Counted from the first letter of the stretch, positions 1 to 38,960 are shown. The stretch is DNA of 64,000 nt from Malacoraja senta (GCA_038087875.1 CM075996.1:1304001-1368000); one strand, 5' to 3'. The notes: a model not told the origin generated them from the letters alone. Numbers and translations are program-made.

Positions 1-2
1 AG

Positions 3-16354
<16,352 letters not shown>

Positions 16355-16580
16355 GATCTCCCTCCCTCCCGTCCCGAGACTGACCTCTCATCGCACCAGA
16401 GGCGGTCATGTGAGGATCGCAAGGCCGCTGTACAGTAGGACCATGGGGCGTCCCCTGTCCACCCAGACGGACCAAAGCGCATTCTCCTTCGACTTGGCTT
16501 TCACGAACCAACGGACAGTGTTTGGGAACTGGCTGTGTCTCTGGGCTTTAAAAAAAAAAAAAAAGTACATTTTCTTTCTC

Positions 16581-18902
16581 AATAAATTGAAGGGAATCGA
16601 ATAGATTGGTCAAGCCAGTCCTTTTTGAAAGGACATGCAGACCTTTATCTCACCTGTCATTTTGTTTTTGTTCTGATTATATCTTTTTTTCCTCGATATG
16701 CATGGAGCTGACGGCTGCAGTTTTATTTAAGGTGCTTGGGTTTTCTCTCCAAAGCAGCCAGCAAGGTTTACCGTTGTCACTGAATCAGCGAGTGTGAAGA
16801 GATAGATGCATCGTGTAACTGCTCTCGAGGGTCTCGGCATTCAGAGGCACAACAACAATGGCCAGTGGCCATCCCGCATCCCAGTCCCACTGCCCACCCA
16901 CAACAACAATGGCCAGTGGCCATCCCGCACCCCAGTCCCACTGCCCACCCACAACAACACTGATCTTCCCCACTTGTAAATATTAAAACAAAAGCTGCAG
17001 TTAAAACAGAAAATTATGTCAATGTGGACTCTGGAACTGCAGATGCTGGATTAGAAGAATTGACTCACAAAGTGCTGGAGTAACTCAGCGGGTCAGGCAG
17101 CATCTGTGGAGAACGTGGATAGGTGACGTTTCACAGAGTGCTGGAGTAACTCAGCGGGTCAGGCAGCATCTGTGGAGAACATGGATAGGTGACGGTTCGG
17201 AAGTCTGAAAAAGATTTGAGTTTTGAGGCGTTTTGAGTCAGAAGAAGATCCCGCCCTGAAACAATCTCCTCGCCTACCCATGTTCTCCACAGATGCTGCC
17301 TGACCCGCTGAGTTACTCCAGCACTCTGTGAAACATCGCCTACCCATGTTCTCCACAGATGCTGCCTGACCCGCTGAGTTACTCCAGCACTCTGTGAAAC
17401 GTCACCTATCCATGTTCTCCACAGATGCTGCCTGACCCGCTGAGTTACTCCAGCACTCTGTGAAACGTCACCTATCCATGTTCTCCACAGATGCTGCCTG
17501 ACCCGCTGAGTTACTCCAGCACTCTGTGAAACGTCACCTATCCACGTTCTCCACAGATGCTGCCTGTCCCGCTGAGTTACTCCAGCACTCTGTGAATCTC
17601 CTGCTTTGAGTTGAGAAGTTTTCCCCTGCATCATGGAGAGGTTGAAGTGTTGTAGGTGAGGTTCAGACTGAGAAACACACTGGGGAAGGGCAGTCAGTTT
17701 ATGGTCAAGTCTTTGGAGAAGGAATTGGGGACAATCGATGAATTATTTGTTCGGAGACTTGCGGCTTGATGTTTATATTAAATAAGCTGCTATTTCCAAG
17801 GACAGTTGTTATTTTAAACATTCATTTTTCTTTCTTCAAATTAAGTGTAATTTTTGATTTCCCCTTGTCTCCCACATAATGGATCATGCCACAGTGTCTC
17901 CTGCCTCCAGAGACAGGGTTGATGGTTCAGGTCCTGATGCAGGGATCTGAGGAGCCTGACATAGACATACAGCTCCTACATGGAGACGGTGGCGCAGCGG
18001 GTAGAGCTGCTGCCTCACAGCGCAAGAGACCCGGGTTCCATCCTGACTACGGGTGCTGTCTGTATGGAGTTTGTACGTTCTCCCCGTGACCTGCGTGGGT
18101 TTTCTCCGTGTGCTCCGGTTTCCTCCCACACTCCAAAGACGTACGGGTTTTGTAGGTGTAAAATTGTAAATTGTCCCTCGTGTTTAGGATAGTTTTAGTG
18201 TGCGGGGTGATCGCTGGTCAGCGCGGACTCGGTGGGCCGAAGGGCCTGTATCTCTAAACTAATCGAGTGTGAAGGGGTGATCGCTGTTCAGCGTGTACTC
18301 GGTGGGCTGACGGGCCTGTATCCACACTGTATTAACTAAACTAGTGTGTGAAGGGGTGATCGCTGGTCGGCGCGGACTCCGTGGGCCGACAGGCCTGTAT
18401 CCGCGCTGTATTTCTAAGTTAAACTGAACAAGGCTGCCCCTTACGTGCTCCTTCAATATTCCACCGCTCATCTCCTGCCACAAAGGGCAATTCAACCAGT
18501 TCGTCAAATCGGCGTCAATTCTCTCCGAACCTCGCAAACCGGCGATGAATTGGAGGACAGGATTTATCGGTTTATATTCTTATTTTGCAGTGCACTTTTA
18601 GAAGAGTTAGTGATTTCTAACATTTAAGTTATGTTCGTAGAAAAGTTTGAAGAAGACTCTGTTGATTTGATGAATGCTTCACGAGGTAAACTGTAATAAA
18701 CATGGATTGTAAACATGAATTTGGTTCTTTACTTAATCAAATGATTGCATTTATTAGAACGTGGAGAAACTAAAGTGGTCTCAGCTGTGAGAGCAGCACA
18801 TTTTAACGTGACATTCTGTTATCATTGATTGTGTACAGACTAGGAGTTAAATAGTTTCCCACAGATCTCTCCATAATTGCAATGAGTTGGATTTTTAATA
18901 AA
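16581..18902 (+). terminator. Candidate MED25 polyadenylation signals (AATAAA at 16581, 18695, 18897)
   Basis: Hexamers in AT-rich, non-repeat, 3'UTR-like sequence; which one is used is unknown. Confidence 0.45.
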
Positions 18903-19573
18903 TGCAATGCCATTTTTTTTAACCTTTACATGGTGTTTTTATGTTTCTTTCAAATATTATATAAATACTGAAACCATTTGCACTTGTACTTGTACCAACT
19001 TGTAGTTGTACCAAGGACTTCAAGGAAATATTGTTTCATCAGAGTTTATTCAGATCTGAAATCTATTTATTTGATTGTAGTTTGTTTTCCTTTCCAGTGC
19101 TGGCACCTGTGTTTGCAAGTCAGAGTCATGCGTGGGTTTTCTCCTGGTGCTCCGGTTTCCTCCCACACCCCAAAGACGTGCAGGTTTGTAGGTTGATTGG
19201 TTTCTGTAAGGTGCCCCCTCGTTTGCAGGGAGTGGATGAGAAAGTGGGATAACGGGCGATCAAGAGTGTTTTGGGTTGTGGGAGGAAACCAGAGCACCCA
19301 GAGGAAACCCACGCAGTCACGGGGAGAATGTGCAAACTCCACACAGACAGCATCCGAGGTCCGGATCGAACCGGGGTCTCTGGAGCTGTGAGGCAGCAGC
19401 TCTACCCGCTGCGTCGCAGTGACACTGGAATCTTAAGCAAGACGGAAGAAGTTGCCTGGACCTGAAACGTGGTGGACTGTCCATTCATTCCACAGATGCT
19501 GCCTGACCTGCTGAATCCCATCCACCACTTGCTTTTGCTTGGTAATTAATTCCTGTCTCACTAGTCTGTAGAT

Positions 19574-19848
19574 CAAGGGTTCCCAACCTGGGGTAACTTT
19601 ACCCCCAGGGGGTAAATTTACCCCCTGGTTTGGCAAACTTTACCCCCAGGGGGTAAAGTTTGCCAAACCAGGGGGTAAATTTGTTGATTGTGGTTTTGTA
19701 CATATTTTTCCTCACTGACTGACTGTGTTTGGTTCTGGTATACTGGTATCTGTTCATCATTAGTTGTTCATCAATAAGTGAAGTAACATTGTGATGAGCC
19801 ATTAAAGTTGCTGGGGGTAAACGGGACGGTAAAGTTTGGGGACCCCTG
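19574..19848. mobile_element. hAT (Charlie-like) non-autonomous DNA transposon
   Basis: Imperfect TIRs CAAGGGTTCCCAACCT / AAGTTTGGGGACCCCTG; 8-bp TSD-like CTGTAGAT / CTTTAGAC; internal repeated TTTACCCCC motifs. Confidence 0.7.
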
Positions 19849-19932
19849 CTTTAGACGTTGGTAAAGGAGATGGAGTCTATCGCGAGGAAATAAACACCAA
19901 CAGAAGATTCTTCAGCGTTTCAGACAAGGTAA

Positions 19933-19938
19933 TTTATT
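19933..19938 (-). terminator. Candidate polyadenylation signal of the minus-strand PACSIN-like gene
   Basis: TTTATT (AATAAA on -) at the edge of unique AT-rich UTR-like sequence, about 4 kb downstream of the stop. Confidence 0.35.
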
Positions 19939-22900
19939 GCTACAGAATTAAATCCAAAGCATTTTTCCGTGCCCATATACAAAGATTTGCAAATGTAGCT
20001 TCCTGTCAGTTATATATATATTTAATATTGATCCACGAGACAATCCTTCAACGTTTTTGTCATAAAGACAAGCTCATGAAGATGAAGCTTTAAAACAAAA
20101 TGTTCTTCCATACTACATCTTCGATTGATCAGGTAATGGAGGATGCTTTTTGTAACAGTCAGTTTGTTAGCCAGCCACGATGAAATGTGTCTGCAAGTCA
20201 TGGCCAGGGGTCTGGGCTGGTGGTACCAGCGGTAGATCAAATGAATTTATCCGACTCAAAAAATATAAATCTGGGTGATTGTGAATCACCGCAGGGACAT
20301 AATGCCCCTCGCTTCATTCTCCATCTGTCCTTTCCTGAAAGTACTGACCCTCCTCGTCCCGGGAATGCAGGTGTCGTGATCAAGGACCATTTACACACCT
20401 GCCTTTCCCTCTTCTCCCCTCTCCTCATGGGGCAGAAGATACAAAGCTTGAAAGCGCGTACCTCCAGATTAAGAAACAGCTTCTTCCCTGCTGTTATCAG
20501 CCTCAAGAACAGCCGTCCCATAAGCTAGGGTTTAGTCCCGCTCCTCCAACCTACCTCACTGTAGACGTCGCACTTTTTCTTTGGAACTGTAACACTGTAT
20601 TCTGCACTTTGGTATTTTTTCTCTTTGCACGACCTGCTGTACTTGTGTCTGTGTAAGAAGGAACTGCAGATGCTGGTTTCAACCGAAGATGTTGGTGGGG
20701 CGGTGAGTGGGTGTGATGTGGGGGGGAAGATGCTTGTGTCACGTATTTGGGTTGGGGACATCACCAGTGATGTTGGCCATCATTGTCCATGCCCACCTGG
20801 CTTCCAATTGAGAAGGTAGTTGAGGTTAGTCATGGGTGGAGTTGTACTCCAAGTAGACCAGGAGCCAACAGTAGAACCCCTTAGTGAACACAAGATAGAC
20901 ACAAAAAGCTGGAGTAACTCAGCGGGACAGGCAGCATCCCTGGAGAGAAGGGACGGGTGACGTTTCGGGTCGAGTCCCTTCTTCAGACTGGTTAGGGATA
21001 AGGGAAGCGAGAGATATAGACGGTGATGTGGAGAGATAAAGAACAATGAATGAAAGATATGCAAAAAGTAACGATGATGATAAACGTTTTTTTGCATATC
21101 TTTTATTCATTGTTCTTTAACTCTCTACATCACCGTCTATTTCTCTCGTTTCCCTTATCCCTAACCAGTCTGAAGAAGGGTCTCCACCCAGAGGGTAGTT
21201 GAGGCCAGTTCATTGGCTATATTTAAGAGGGAGTTAGATGTGGCCCTTGTGGCTAAGGGGATCAGGGGGTATGGAGAGAAGGCAGGTACGGGATACTGAG
21301 TTGGATGATCAGCCATGATCATATTGAATGGCGGTGCAGGCTCGAAGGGCCGAATGGCCTACTCCTGCACCTATTTTCTATGTATCTATGTATCTATGTA
21401 AAACGTCACCCATTCCTTCTCTCCAGGGGGTGCTGCCTGTCCCGCTGAGCTACCCCAGCTTTCTGTGTCTATCTTCGGTTTAAACCGGCATCTGCAGTTC
21501 CCCCCTCCACGTGTTAGTGGACACGGTGGGATTCTTATTTTCACAACTTTAGTTTAGAGATGCAGCTGGGCCCACAGAGTCCGCGCCGACCAGCGATTCA
21601 CCCGTTCACTCTAGTTCTATCCTATACACCCGGGGACAATGTACACAAACTCGCACGGTCACAGGGAGAACAAGCAAACTCCACATAGATAGCACCTGAG
21701 GTCACGATGGAGCAGGGGGTCTTGCGCTGTGAGGCAGCAGCTCTACCTGCTGCATCACTATTTCATACACCCATCCATACAAACGACCTCCCATTATATT
21801 AACTTCAAAAGGCCAAAGTACATACATTTGTCTTATAAACAACAGAACTAGTTTGGCCCCCTCGCTCTCCACCTTCAGTAATGGTTTATCAATCGGTTGT
21901 GTTGTTAATATCGTTCAGGAAGGAACTGCAGACGCTGGTTTACACAGAAGGTAGACACAAAGTGCTGGAGTAACTCAGCGGGTCAGGCAGCATCTCTGGA
22001 GAGAAGGAATGGGTGACGTTGCTTCAGACTGATTGTTGGCATTCACTGTGGTTACTGTATCAGGATATTAATATATGTTTTCCAGCTGAAGGTCGTGTTA
22101 AAATGCAGCCAGTTTGTTGGCTGTGGATTTGTTACGCAGGGTACGTTGTGTGCTGCAGGTGTGTGTGTAGTTGTACAATACAGTGCGTGTTGCAATCTGG
22201 GGCAGCTTACATCACTGTAAATGGTTGCTGTTTCACATATTAAAGAGTCTGACAAGATTGCAGTGTTTGCCAGCAAAACGTTACAGTATTGTATCGTTAA
22301 CTCTGCAATTTGACTACAAGATCAACATTTAAAAGACATTTTGTTTTTAAGAAGGAACTGCAGATGCTGGAAAATCGAAGGTAGACAAAATTGCTGGAGA
22401 AACTCCACCCTACATCAGTCTGAAGAAGGGTTTCGGCCCGAAACGTTGCCTATTTCCTTCGCTCCATAGATGCTGCTGCACCCGCTGAGTTTCTCCAGCA
22501 CTTTTGTCTACCTTTAAAAGACATTCGGACAGGTACATGAATAGGACAGGTTTAGAGGGATGTGGGCCAAAACGCAGGCAGGTGGGACTAGTGTAGATGG
22601 GGACATGTTGGTGGGCAAGTTGGGCTGAAGGGCCTGATTCCGCGCTGTATCACTCTATGACTAAATTATGCTCTCGGTCTTTCCATTTTGGCAAGTATAT
22701 CATGTATTCACTCAAGTATGTAAAGCATGGTCTTTGTTTGAAAACTCTGTAAAATAAACATTGAAGATAACTGGCCTTTATCAAAGAGGTGAAGGCTATC
22801 CAGCATCAGGGATATTATCCATGGGAACGTTTCTGTCTTGTGTTGTCGGGAGCTGTGTGGGGCTGGCTGGCCATGTTGCTCATCCCAAGACAAAGCAAAT

Positions 22901-23939
22901 GTATTAACCCCAGATAGACACAACATGCAGCAACTCTGGAGAGAAGGAATGGGTGACGTTTCCAGTCGAGACCCTTCTTCAGACCGATGTCAGGGGAGTG
23001 GGCGGGACAGAGATAGAATGTAGTCGGAGACAGTGAGACTGGTGGGAGAACTGGGAAGGGGGAGGGGGTGGAGAGAGAGAGGGAAATCAATGGCTGCTTG
23101 AAGTTGGAGAAGTCAACATTAACCTCTGTATGATTCCATCGTGCATCCCCTGGGGGGGTCTTGGCACCAAGTTTAGTGACTCTCGTGTGTTAATGGCCTG
23201 TCATGTTAGTTATGATCCAGCACCTTTACAAAGTCAGAACTTGCCAGGAGAGAGGTGCTGGTTTAAACCCAAACTGCTGGAGTAACTCAGCGGGACAGGC
23301 AGCAACTCTGGAGAGATGGAATGGGTGACGTTTCGGGTCGATAAGCGCTGAGTTACTCCAGCATTTTGTGTCTATCTTCGATGAGGTTGTGCAAGGACTG
23401 GCAAGTGATGGGACCCAGATAAGAGGGACAGAGGTTGAAGGTGAGAGGGGACTGATTTAAGGTGACAGGGGACTGATTTAAACGGGTGGATGGGTGTGTG
23501 GAACGAGCTGCCGGAGGTGGTGGGAAGGTGCGTAAATTCACCTTTGAAAGACAGTTAGGTGGATAAGAAAGGTTTGGAGGGGTATGGGCCAAACGGGACC
23601 AGCAGTGGAAGGCAGCTTGGCTAGCATGGACAAGTGGGGCCGAAGGGCCCGTTTCCGTGCTGCAAGGTTCTTGCCTCCCTCTGGTTGACCCACAGTGGGT
23701 AACGTACTCAACTCTCTGGACACAGCAAGAATACCTCCAATAGTAACGTCACACCCCTGTACAATTTGACATGGATAGTCCACTCACGTAATAATGTCAC
23801 TGGCACTCACTCACAGGGTAAATTAATACAAACGAGAATAACATATGTACAAATGTTTGTGAGCAGTGTCTCCGAGACGGTTCCTGTTGCTGCTTGCTGT
23901 CTTTGTGTTCGAATCTCCCCGTGTTTGTGTGCATAGTTT

Positions 23940-32848
<8,909 letters not shown>

Positions 32849-33048
32849 NNNNNNNNNNNNNNNNNNNNNNNNNNNNNNNNNNNNNNNNNNNNNNNNNNNN
32901 NNNNNNNNNNNNNNNNNNNNNNNNNNNNNNNNNNNNNNNNNNNNNNNNNNNNNNNNNNNNNNNNNNNNNNNNNNNNNNNNNNNNNNNNNNNNNNNNNNNN
33001 NNNNNNNNNNNNNNNNNNNNNNNNNNNNNNNNNNNNNNNNNNNNNNNN
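32849..33048. other. Assembly gap (200 N)
   Basis: Run of N. Confidence 1.
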
Positions 33049-33552
33049 ATATTGTCTGATTTGACGACACATTAAATGTGGAGCAAAACGTGTGCCGGTT
33101 ATATTTATATCATGAAGTATGTTCATAAGTGACAGGAGCAGAATTAGGCCGTTCGGCCCATCAAGTCTATTCCGCTGTGCCGTCATGTTATGTTGTAGAA
33201 TGATGGACAATAGGTGCAGGAGTAGACCATTCAGCCCTTCGAACCAGCACCGCCATTCAATTTGATCATGACTGATCATCCCCAATCAGTACCCCGTTCC
33301 TGCCTTCTCCCCATATCCCCCGACTCCGCTATCTTTAAGAGCCCTATCTAGCTCTCTCTAGGAACCATGGTGGCAAGTGCGGCACTCCCCCCTCTAGCTC
33401 ACGGGGAGATGCATCTCCAGCTGGAACCGGCTGACCCCGTGCCCCCGGAGCAGCGTGAGGGGGGAGTGGTGGACTTGAGTTGGGTGTGGACGCCAGACTG
33501 GTGCTGATGTGGCCCTTTATCTCCTCCCTCCCTCCCTCCCTCCCTCTCCCAG

Positions 33553-33652
33553 ATCATGCTGCTGGAGACAGCGCGGCGATACAACCACGAGACAGAATGC
33601 ATCACCTTCCTCAAGGACTTCACCTACAGCAAGGCCGACTTCGCACGGGCAG
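33553..33652 (+). CDS. NR1H2: NR1H2 exon
   Basis: IMLLETARRYNHETECITFLKDFTYSKADFARAG. Confidence 0.95.
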
Positions 33653-36600
33653 GTGAGCTTGGTTTATTGTCACCTGTACCCAGGTACAGCGAATAGCTAC
33701 CCTGACTCTCAGTCCGAAGAAGGGTCTCGGCCCCAAACGGCGCCCATTCCTTCTCCAGAGATGCCTCTGAGTTACTCCGGCATTTTGTGTATCTTGGGTG
33801 AAAAGCTTTTGCTGCGTGCCCTATTCATGATTGGTAAGGGTGTTAAGGGTTTGGACATGCTAGAGGCAGGAAACATGTTCCCGATGTTGGGGGAGTCCAG
33901 AACCAGGGGCCACAGTTTAAGGAGTAAGCCATTTAGAACGGAGACGAGGAAACACTTTTTCTCACAGAGAGTGGTGAGTCTGTGGAATTCTGTGCCTCAG
34001 AGGGCGGTGGAGGCAGGTTCTCTGGATGCTTTCAAGAGAGAGCTAGATAGGGCTCTTAAAGTTAGCGGAGTCAGGGGGATATGGGGAGAAGGCAGGAACG
34101 GGGTACTGATTGGGGATGATCAGCCATGATCACATTGAATGGCTCGAAGGGCCGAATGGCCTACTCCTGCACCTATTGTCTATTGTAAGGGGTGTCCAAG
34201 GTTATGGGGAGAAGGCAGGAGAATGGGGTTTGAGAGGGAACGATGGAATGGCGGTGAAGACTAGTTGGGCTGAATGGCCTAATTCTGCCCCCGCGTCTAA
34301 TGGCTTTCTCTCTCTCAGGGTTGCAGTTTGGGTTCATTAACCCAATCTTCGAGTTTTCGAAGGGCATGAGGAAGCTGCAACTGGACGATGCGGAGTATGC
34401 GCTGCTCATCGCCATCAACATCTTCTCCGCAGGTCAGTGGCCCTTACTCTGTCCCCGCCGCAACCATCTCAACCTGGGGCCCAACAAGCTGAGTCCGGAG
34501 CCCCGTCACTGGTATCGGTGTTGGTTTTCTCCTAATCTGAGGAAAGGCATTCTTGCCATAGAGGGAGTACAGAGAAGGTTCACCAGACTGATTCCTGGGA
34601 TGGCAGGACTTTCATATGAAGAAAGACTGGATAGACTCGGCTTGTACTCGCTAGAATTTAGAAGATTGAGGGGGGATCTTATAGAAACTTACAAAATTCT
34701 TAAGGGGTTGGACAGGCTAGATGCAGGAAGATTGTTCCCGATGTTGGGGAAGTCCAGAACAAGGGGTCACAGTTTTAGGATAAGCGGGAAGTCTTTTAGG
34801 ACCGAGATGAGAAAAACATTTTTCACACAGAGAGTGGTGAATCTCTGGAATTCTCTGCCACAGAGGGTAGTTGAGGCCAGTTCATTGGCTATATTTAAGA
34901 GGGAGTTAGATGTGGCCCTTGTGGCTAAAGGGATCAGGGGGTATGGAGAGAAGGCAGGTACAGGATACTGAGTTGGATGATCAGCCATGATCATATTGAA
35001 TGGCGGTGCAGGCTCGAAGGGCCAAATGGCCTACTCCTGCACCTATTGTCTATGTTTCTATGTTTTTCATTGTCACACGTGCCAAAGTATGGTGAAAAAC
35101 CTTCTCTGCCTCATACTACACACGAGGACAATCAGACCATGCGCAGGTGCAGGGTACCTGGTGAAGGCAGGTGCAATAGGGGGATGGAACAGGCCTCATG
35201 TCTAGTCAGATGTTGTGGGCCGAATGGCCTGTACTCGTGCAGCACCGTGCTGTATTCTAGTGTAAACAAATTGGTTTTGGTATAAGTGTAAATTGTCCCG
35301 AGTGTGTGTAGGATAGTGTTAGAGTGCGGAGATCGCTGGTTGGTGTGGGCTGAAGGGCCTGTTTCCACGTTGTATCTCTAAACTAAAGTTGGAGATAGAT
35401 TAAAAATGCTGGAGTAACTCAGCGGGACAGGCGGCATCTCTGGAGAGAAGGAATGGCCGACCGTTTCGGGTCGAGACCCTTCTTCAGACAAGGGTCTCGA
35501 CTCGAAACTTCACCCATTCCTTCTCTCCAGAGATGCTGCCCGTCCCGTTGAGTTACTCCAGCACTTTGTGTCTTCGGTCTAAACCGGCTTCTGCAGTTCC
35601 TTCCTGAACGAGAGGTGTGCTTGTGTTTGTAGACCGGCCCAACGTGGAGGACCACCAACTGGTGGAGCGGCTGCAGCAGCCCTACGTCGAGGCACTTCAC
35701 TCCTACTTGCGGATCAAGCGACCAAAGGTAAGGTGCGGCCGGCCGGCCGACTTTCCGGCAAGCCTGGCTACACCGTGGCTGTACCGCACCCGCTCCCCGC
35801 TGTAACGTGACGGGTCTGATGCCCACTGTCTGTGGGACACACGACCCAGCTCACCACCTCCTCCATACACACCAGGAACCACAGGTGCTGGTTACCCAAA
35901 CACACGTGCACGCACACACACATGCGTACACATACGCACACACGCACGTGCACATACACACACACACAAGTGCACGCTCACGCACATAGGCACATGCACG
36001 CGCGCACACACACGCGTGCACGCAAAGCACACATGCGTACACATACGCGCGCACACACGTACACACATGCACATGCAAGCGTACACACATATAACCATAT
36101 AACCATAACAGCACGGAAACAGGCCATCTCGGCCCTTCAAGTCCGTGCCGTACACTCGCGCACGCACACTTGCACACGCTCACACATGCGTACACACACA
36201 CGTGCACGCACACACACACACACGTGCACGCACACACATGCGCACACGTACCCACACACGCGTGTGCACATCTACACAATGCACATGCAAGCATACACAC
36301 ATGCGTACACTCACGCACGCACACTTACACACGCTCGCACATGCGTACACACACGTGCACGCACACACACGTGCACGCACACACACGTGCACGCGCGCAC
36401 ACACATACGTGCACACACACACACACACGTGTGCACGCACACACACACGCACGCATTGCTGGAATAACTCAGCGGGTCAGGCAGCATCTCTGGAGAGAAG
36501 GAATGGGTGGCGTTACGGGTCAGACTGAAAAAGGGTCTCGACCCGAAACGTCACCCATTCCTTCTCTCCAGAAATGCTGTCTGTTCCACTGAGTTACTCC

Positions 36601-36959
36601 AGCATTTTGTGTCTATCTTCGGTTTAAACCAGCTTCTGCAGTTCTTTCCTACACGTGTAATTGTTCTGTTGCGTGTATTGGCTCTAACCTGTTCTCTGGT
36701 CTCTCTCTCTCTCTCCCCCTCTCTCTCTCCCCCCCCTCTCTCACCCTCTCCCTCCCTCTCCCTCCCCCCCCTCCCTCTCCCTCCCCCCCCTCCATCTGTG
36801 TCCGTGCCCTAGGACCACCTGATGTTCCCTCGCATGCTGATGAAGCTGGTCAGCCTGCGGACACTGAGCAGTGTCCACTCTGAGCAGGTCTTTGCTCTGC
36901 GTCTCCAGGACAAGAAGCTGCCGCCTCTGCTCTCCGAGATCTGGGACGTACATGAGTAA
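33553..36959 (+). CDS. NR1H2: Liver X receptor beta, LBD-coding last four exons (5' exons missing at the gap)
   Basis: Exons 33553-33652, 34319-34432, 35633-35727, 36813-36959. IMLLETARRYNHETECITFLKDFTYSK is LXR-beta-type (human alpha has VMLLETSRRYNPGSES). It ends LPPLLSEIWDVHE* and lies directly upstream of POLD1, as in human. Confidence 0.93.
34319..34432 (+). CDS. NR1H2: NR1H2 exon
   Basis: LQFGFINPIFEFSKGMRKLQLDDAEYALLIAINIFSA. Confidence 0.95.
34520..35065 (+). mobile_element. CR1-clade LINE 3' fragment in an NR1H2 intron
   Basis: IEGVQRRFTRLIPGMAGLSYEERLDRLGLYSLEFRRLRGDLIETYKIL...; related fragments at ~3175-3437, 5315-5960, 11975-12345, 33843-34185, 40690-40975, 56855-57185, 60505-60772. 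Confidence 0.88.
35633..35727 (+). CDS. NR1H2: NR1H2 exon
   Basis: DRPNVEDHQLVERLQQPYVEALHSYLRIKRPK. Confidence 0.95.
36813..36959 (+). CDS. NR1H2: NR1H2 last exon (AF-2)
   Basis: DHLMFPRMLMKLVSLRTLSSVHSEQVFALRLQDKKLPPLLSEIWDVHE*. Confidence 0.97.
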   Translation, partial: DHLMFPRMLMKLVSLRTLSSVHSEQVFALRLQDKKLPPLLSEIWDVHE

Positions 36960-38954
36960 CGGAGGGAGGAGTGATGCCGTACGGCAGCCAGCCAGCCGGG
37001 GGGAGTGGGGGTCCCGCCCCCCCCCCACCACTCCCCCCACCTCCCGCCCCAACCTGGAATTGCAAAAGAGGAAGGAAAACTACAGCCTGTCTTTTTGTAA
37101 AGAAAAACTAAAACACAAAGGGAAAAAAAAACGGCAACCGGGTTCTGACCAATGTGGGTGGGGCGGGGATGTTGGTTGGTCGGTCGGCAAAGGACGGCTA
37201 TCGGACTGTACGAGAGCGCACGACTCTGTGTCTGGAGCAGTGGCCATCTCAGAGCCTGATGTCCAGGGCTGTGGACATCCCAGAGCATTGTGTCCAGGGC
37301 TGTGGACATCCCAGAGCGTTGTGTCCAGGGCTGTGGAGGCTTCCGTCAACGCACTTACTAGATGGAACTCCACGCTGCCCTGGCACTGGGGAATGGGCGC
37401 TGCCACCCACCCACCCTGCATCGGCCTCCAGCGCTGACCACCCCCTAGAGATTTCAACCGATCACTTGGGAGATTATTTTTGCCCAATAATATATATATA
37501 TATATATATGTGAAGTTCAATGTTTTTTAAAAAAATGAGCTAATTTTCAGACCTAGATCAAATTCAATCTGGAATTGGAGCGTGATTGTGGCAGAGACCT
37601 GTGTGTGTGTGTGTGTGTGTGTGTGTACACGCCCATGTGTACGAGTTGCACACGTGTGAGCGTGTGCATGCCTGTGTATGTGCACCTGTGCGTGTGTGAG
37701 CGTGTGCACAAGTGTGTATGCACCAGCGTGTGTGAGCGTGCACCAGTGTGAGCGTGTGCACAAGTGTGTGCACACCAGTGTGTGTGTGTGAGCGTATGCA
37801 CCAGTGTGTGTGAGCGTGTGCACAAGTGTGTGCACACCAGTGTGTGTGAGCGTATGCACCAGTGTGTGTGTGTGTGAGCGTGTACACCAGTGAGTGTGAA
37901 CACGTACACGTGTTGTGTGCGGTTTTCTGCACGTTTCCACCCTGTGCTAGGTGAAGGGAATAGATGTAAAATGGCCAATGTATAACAGAGAGAGAGACCT
38001 ATTTAGTTTTATAACAAAGGCAAGCACTACACCCTGTCTCTGGGACTGATGACTGAAGCAATGATGTGTCCGTGCCTCTGATCATCGTCCCTCCATTCCC
38101 CGCACGCTGGAACAAACGACAACTTCTCTCTGTGAAACGTCACCTATCCATGTTCTCCACAGATGCTGCCTGACCCGCTGAGTTACTCCAGCACTCTGTG
38201 TCTATGTTTGGGGCCAGCTACAATTGGGGCTCATCTCTTCAGGCAACCCCCCTCCCCCCTCCCCTGGGGGGCTAGCAAAGGAACACCCAGAGCACCAAAA
38301 GCACCACCGTTGACTCAGACCCCTCTCTTGTCCACTCCCATTTAAGCAAGACTAGAATCTGATTCTGTTCTCTCCATGCTAAGAGGAGCACAGTGGTAGA
38401 GTCATTGCCTCACAGCGCCAGAGACCCGGGTTCCATCCTGACCCAGGTGGAGTTTGCACGTTCTCCCTGTGGCCGCGTGGGTTTCCTCTGGGTGCTCGGG
38501 TCTCCTCCCACATCCCAAAGCCGTGCAGGTTCCGTTGGTTAATCGCCCCCCTCTGTAAATTGCTGCTAGTGTGTAGGGAGTGGATGCTGATGTGGGGTAA
38601 CATAGGACTAGTGCGAAGGGGTGATCGATGGTCGGCGTGGACTCAGTGGGCCGAAGGGCCTGTTTCCATCTAAACGCCAGAGGCAACAGCACGGTTCAAT
38701 TGCTTGCAGCGTGAAGCGACAGAGATGAGGGTGTGTGATTCGGACATGTTTGTGTTGGAGATGTGGTCCAGTTTGTGGGAGAAGGGTGCGGTGTGAACAA
38801 GCAGGCCTGGCAGGGCAGGCTGGAAAAACTGGCCCACAGGTCACTGTTAAAACTGTACTCACACGCTGCATCTGTTTGCCTTGACAAGGACAGTAAAGTT
38901 GAAGGCTCGTTGTTTTCATTTACAACATACCATTTGGGAAAGCACTTTAGAATG

Positions 38955-38960
38955 AATAAA
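38955..38960 (+). terminator. Candidate NR1H2 polyadenylation signal
   Basis: AATAAA followed by T/GT-rich sequence, 2 kb after the stop. Confidence 0.45.

Noticed and set aside
16848..16958. 51-bp direct duplication in the MED25 3' region
   Set aside because: Simple local tandem duplication with no evident function.
17131..17634. ORFs repeating [22 protein letters not shown]
   Set aside because: The 66-bp unit is a multiple of 3 and stop-free by chance; it is a non-coding repeat.
33553..36959. Assignment as LXR-alpha (NR1H3) with neighbouring PACSIN3
   Set aside because: The residues NHETEC/FTYSK and adjacency to POLD1 favour NR1H2; the PACSIN is contiguous with MED25, so it was left unnamed.
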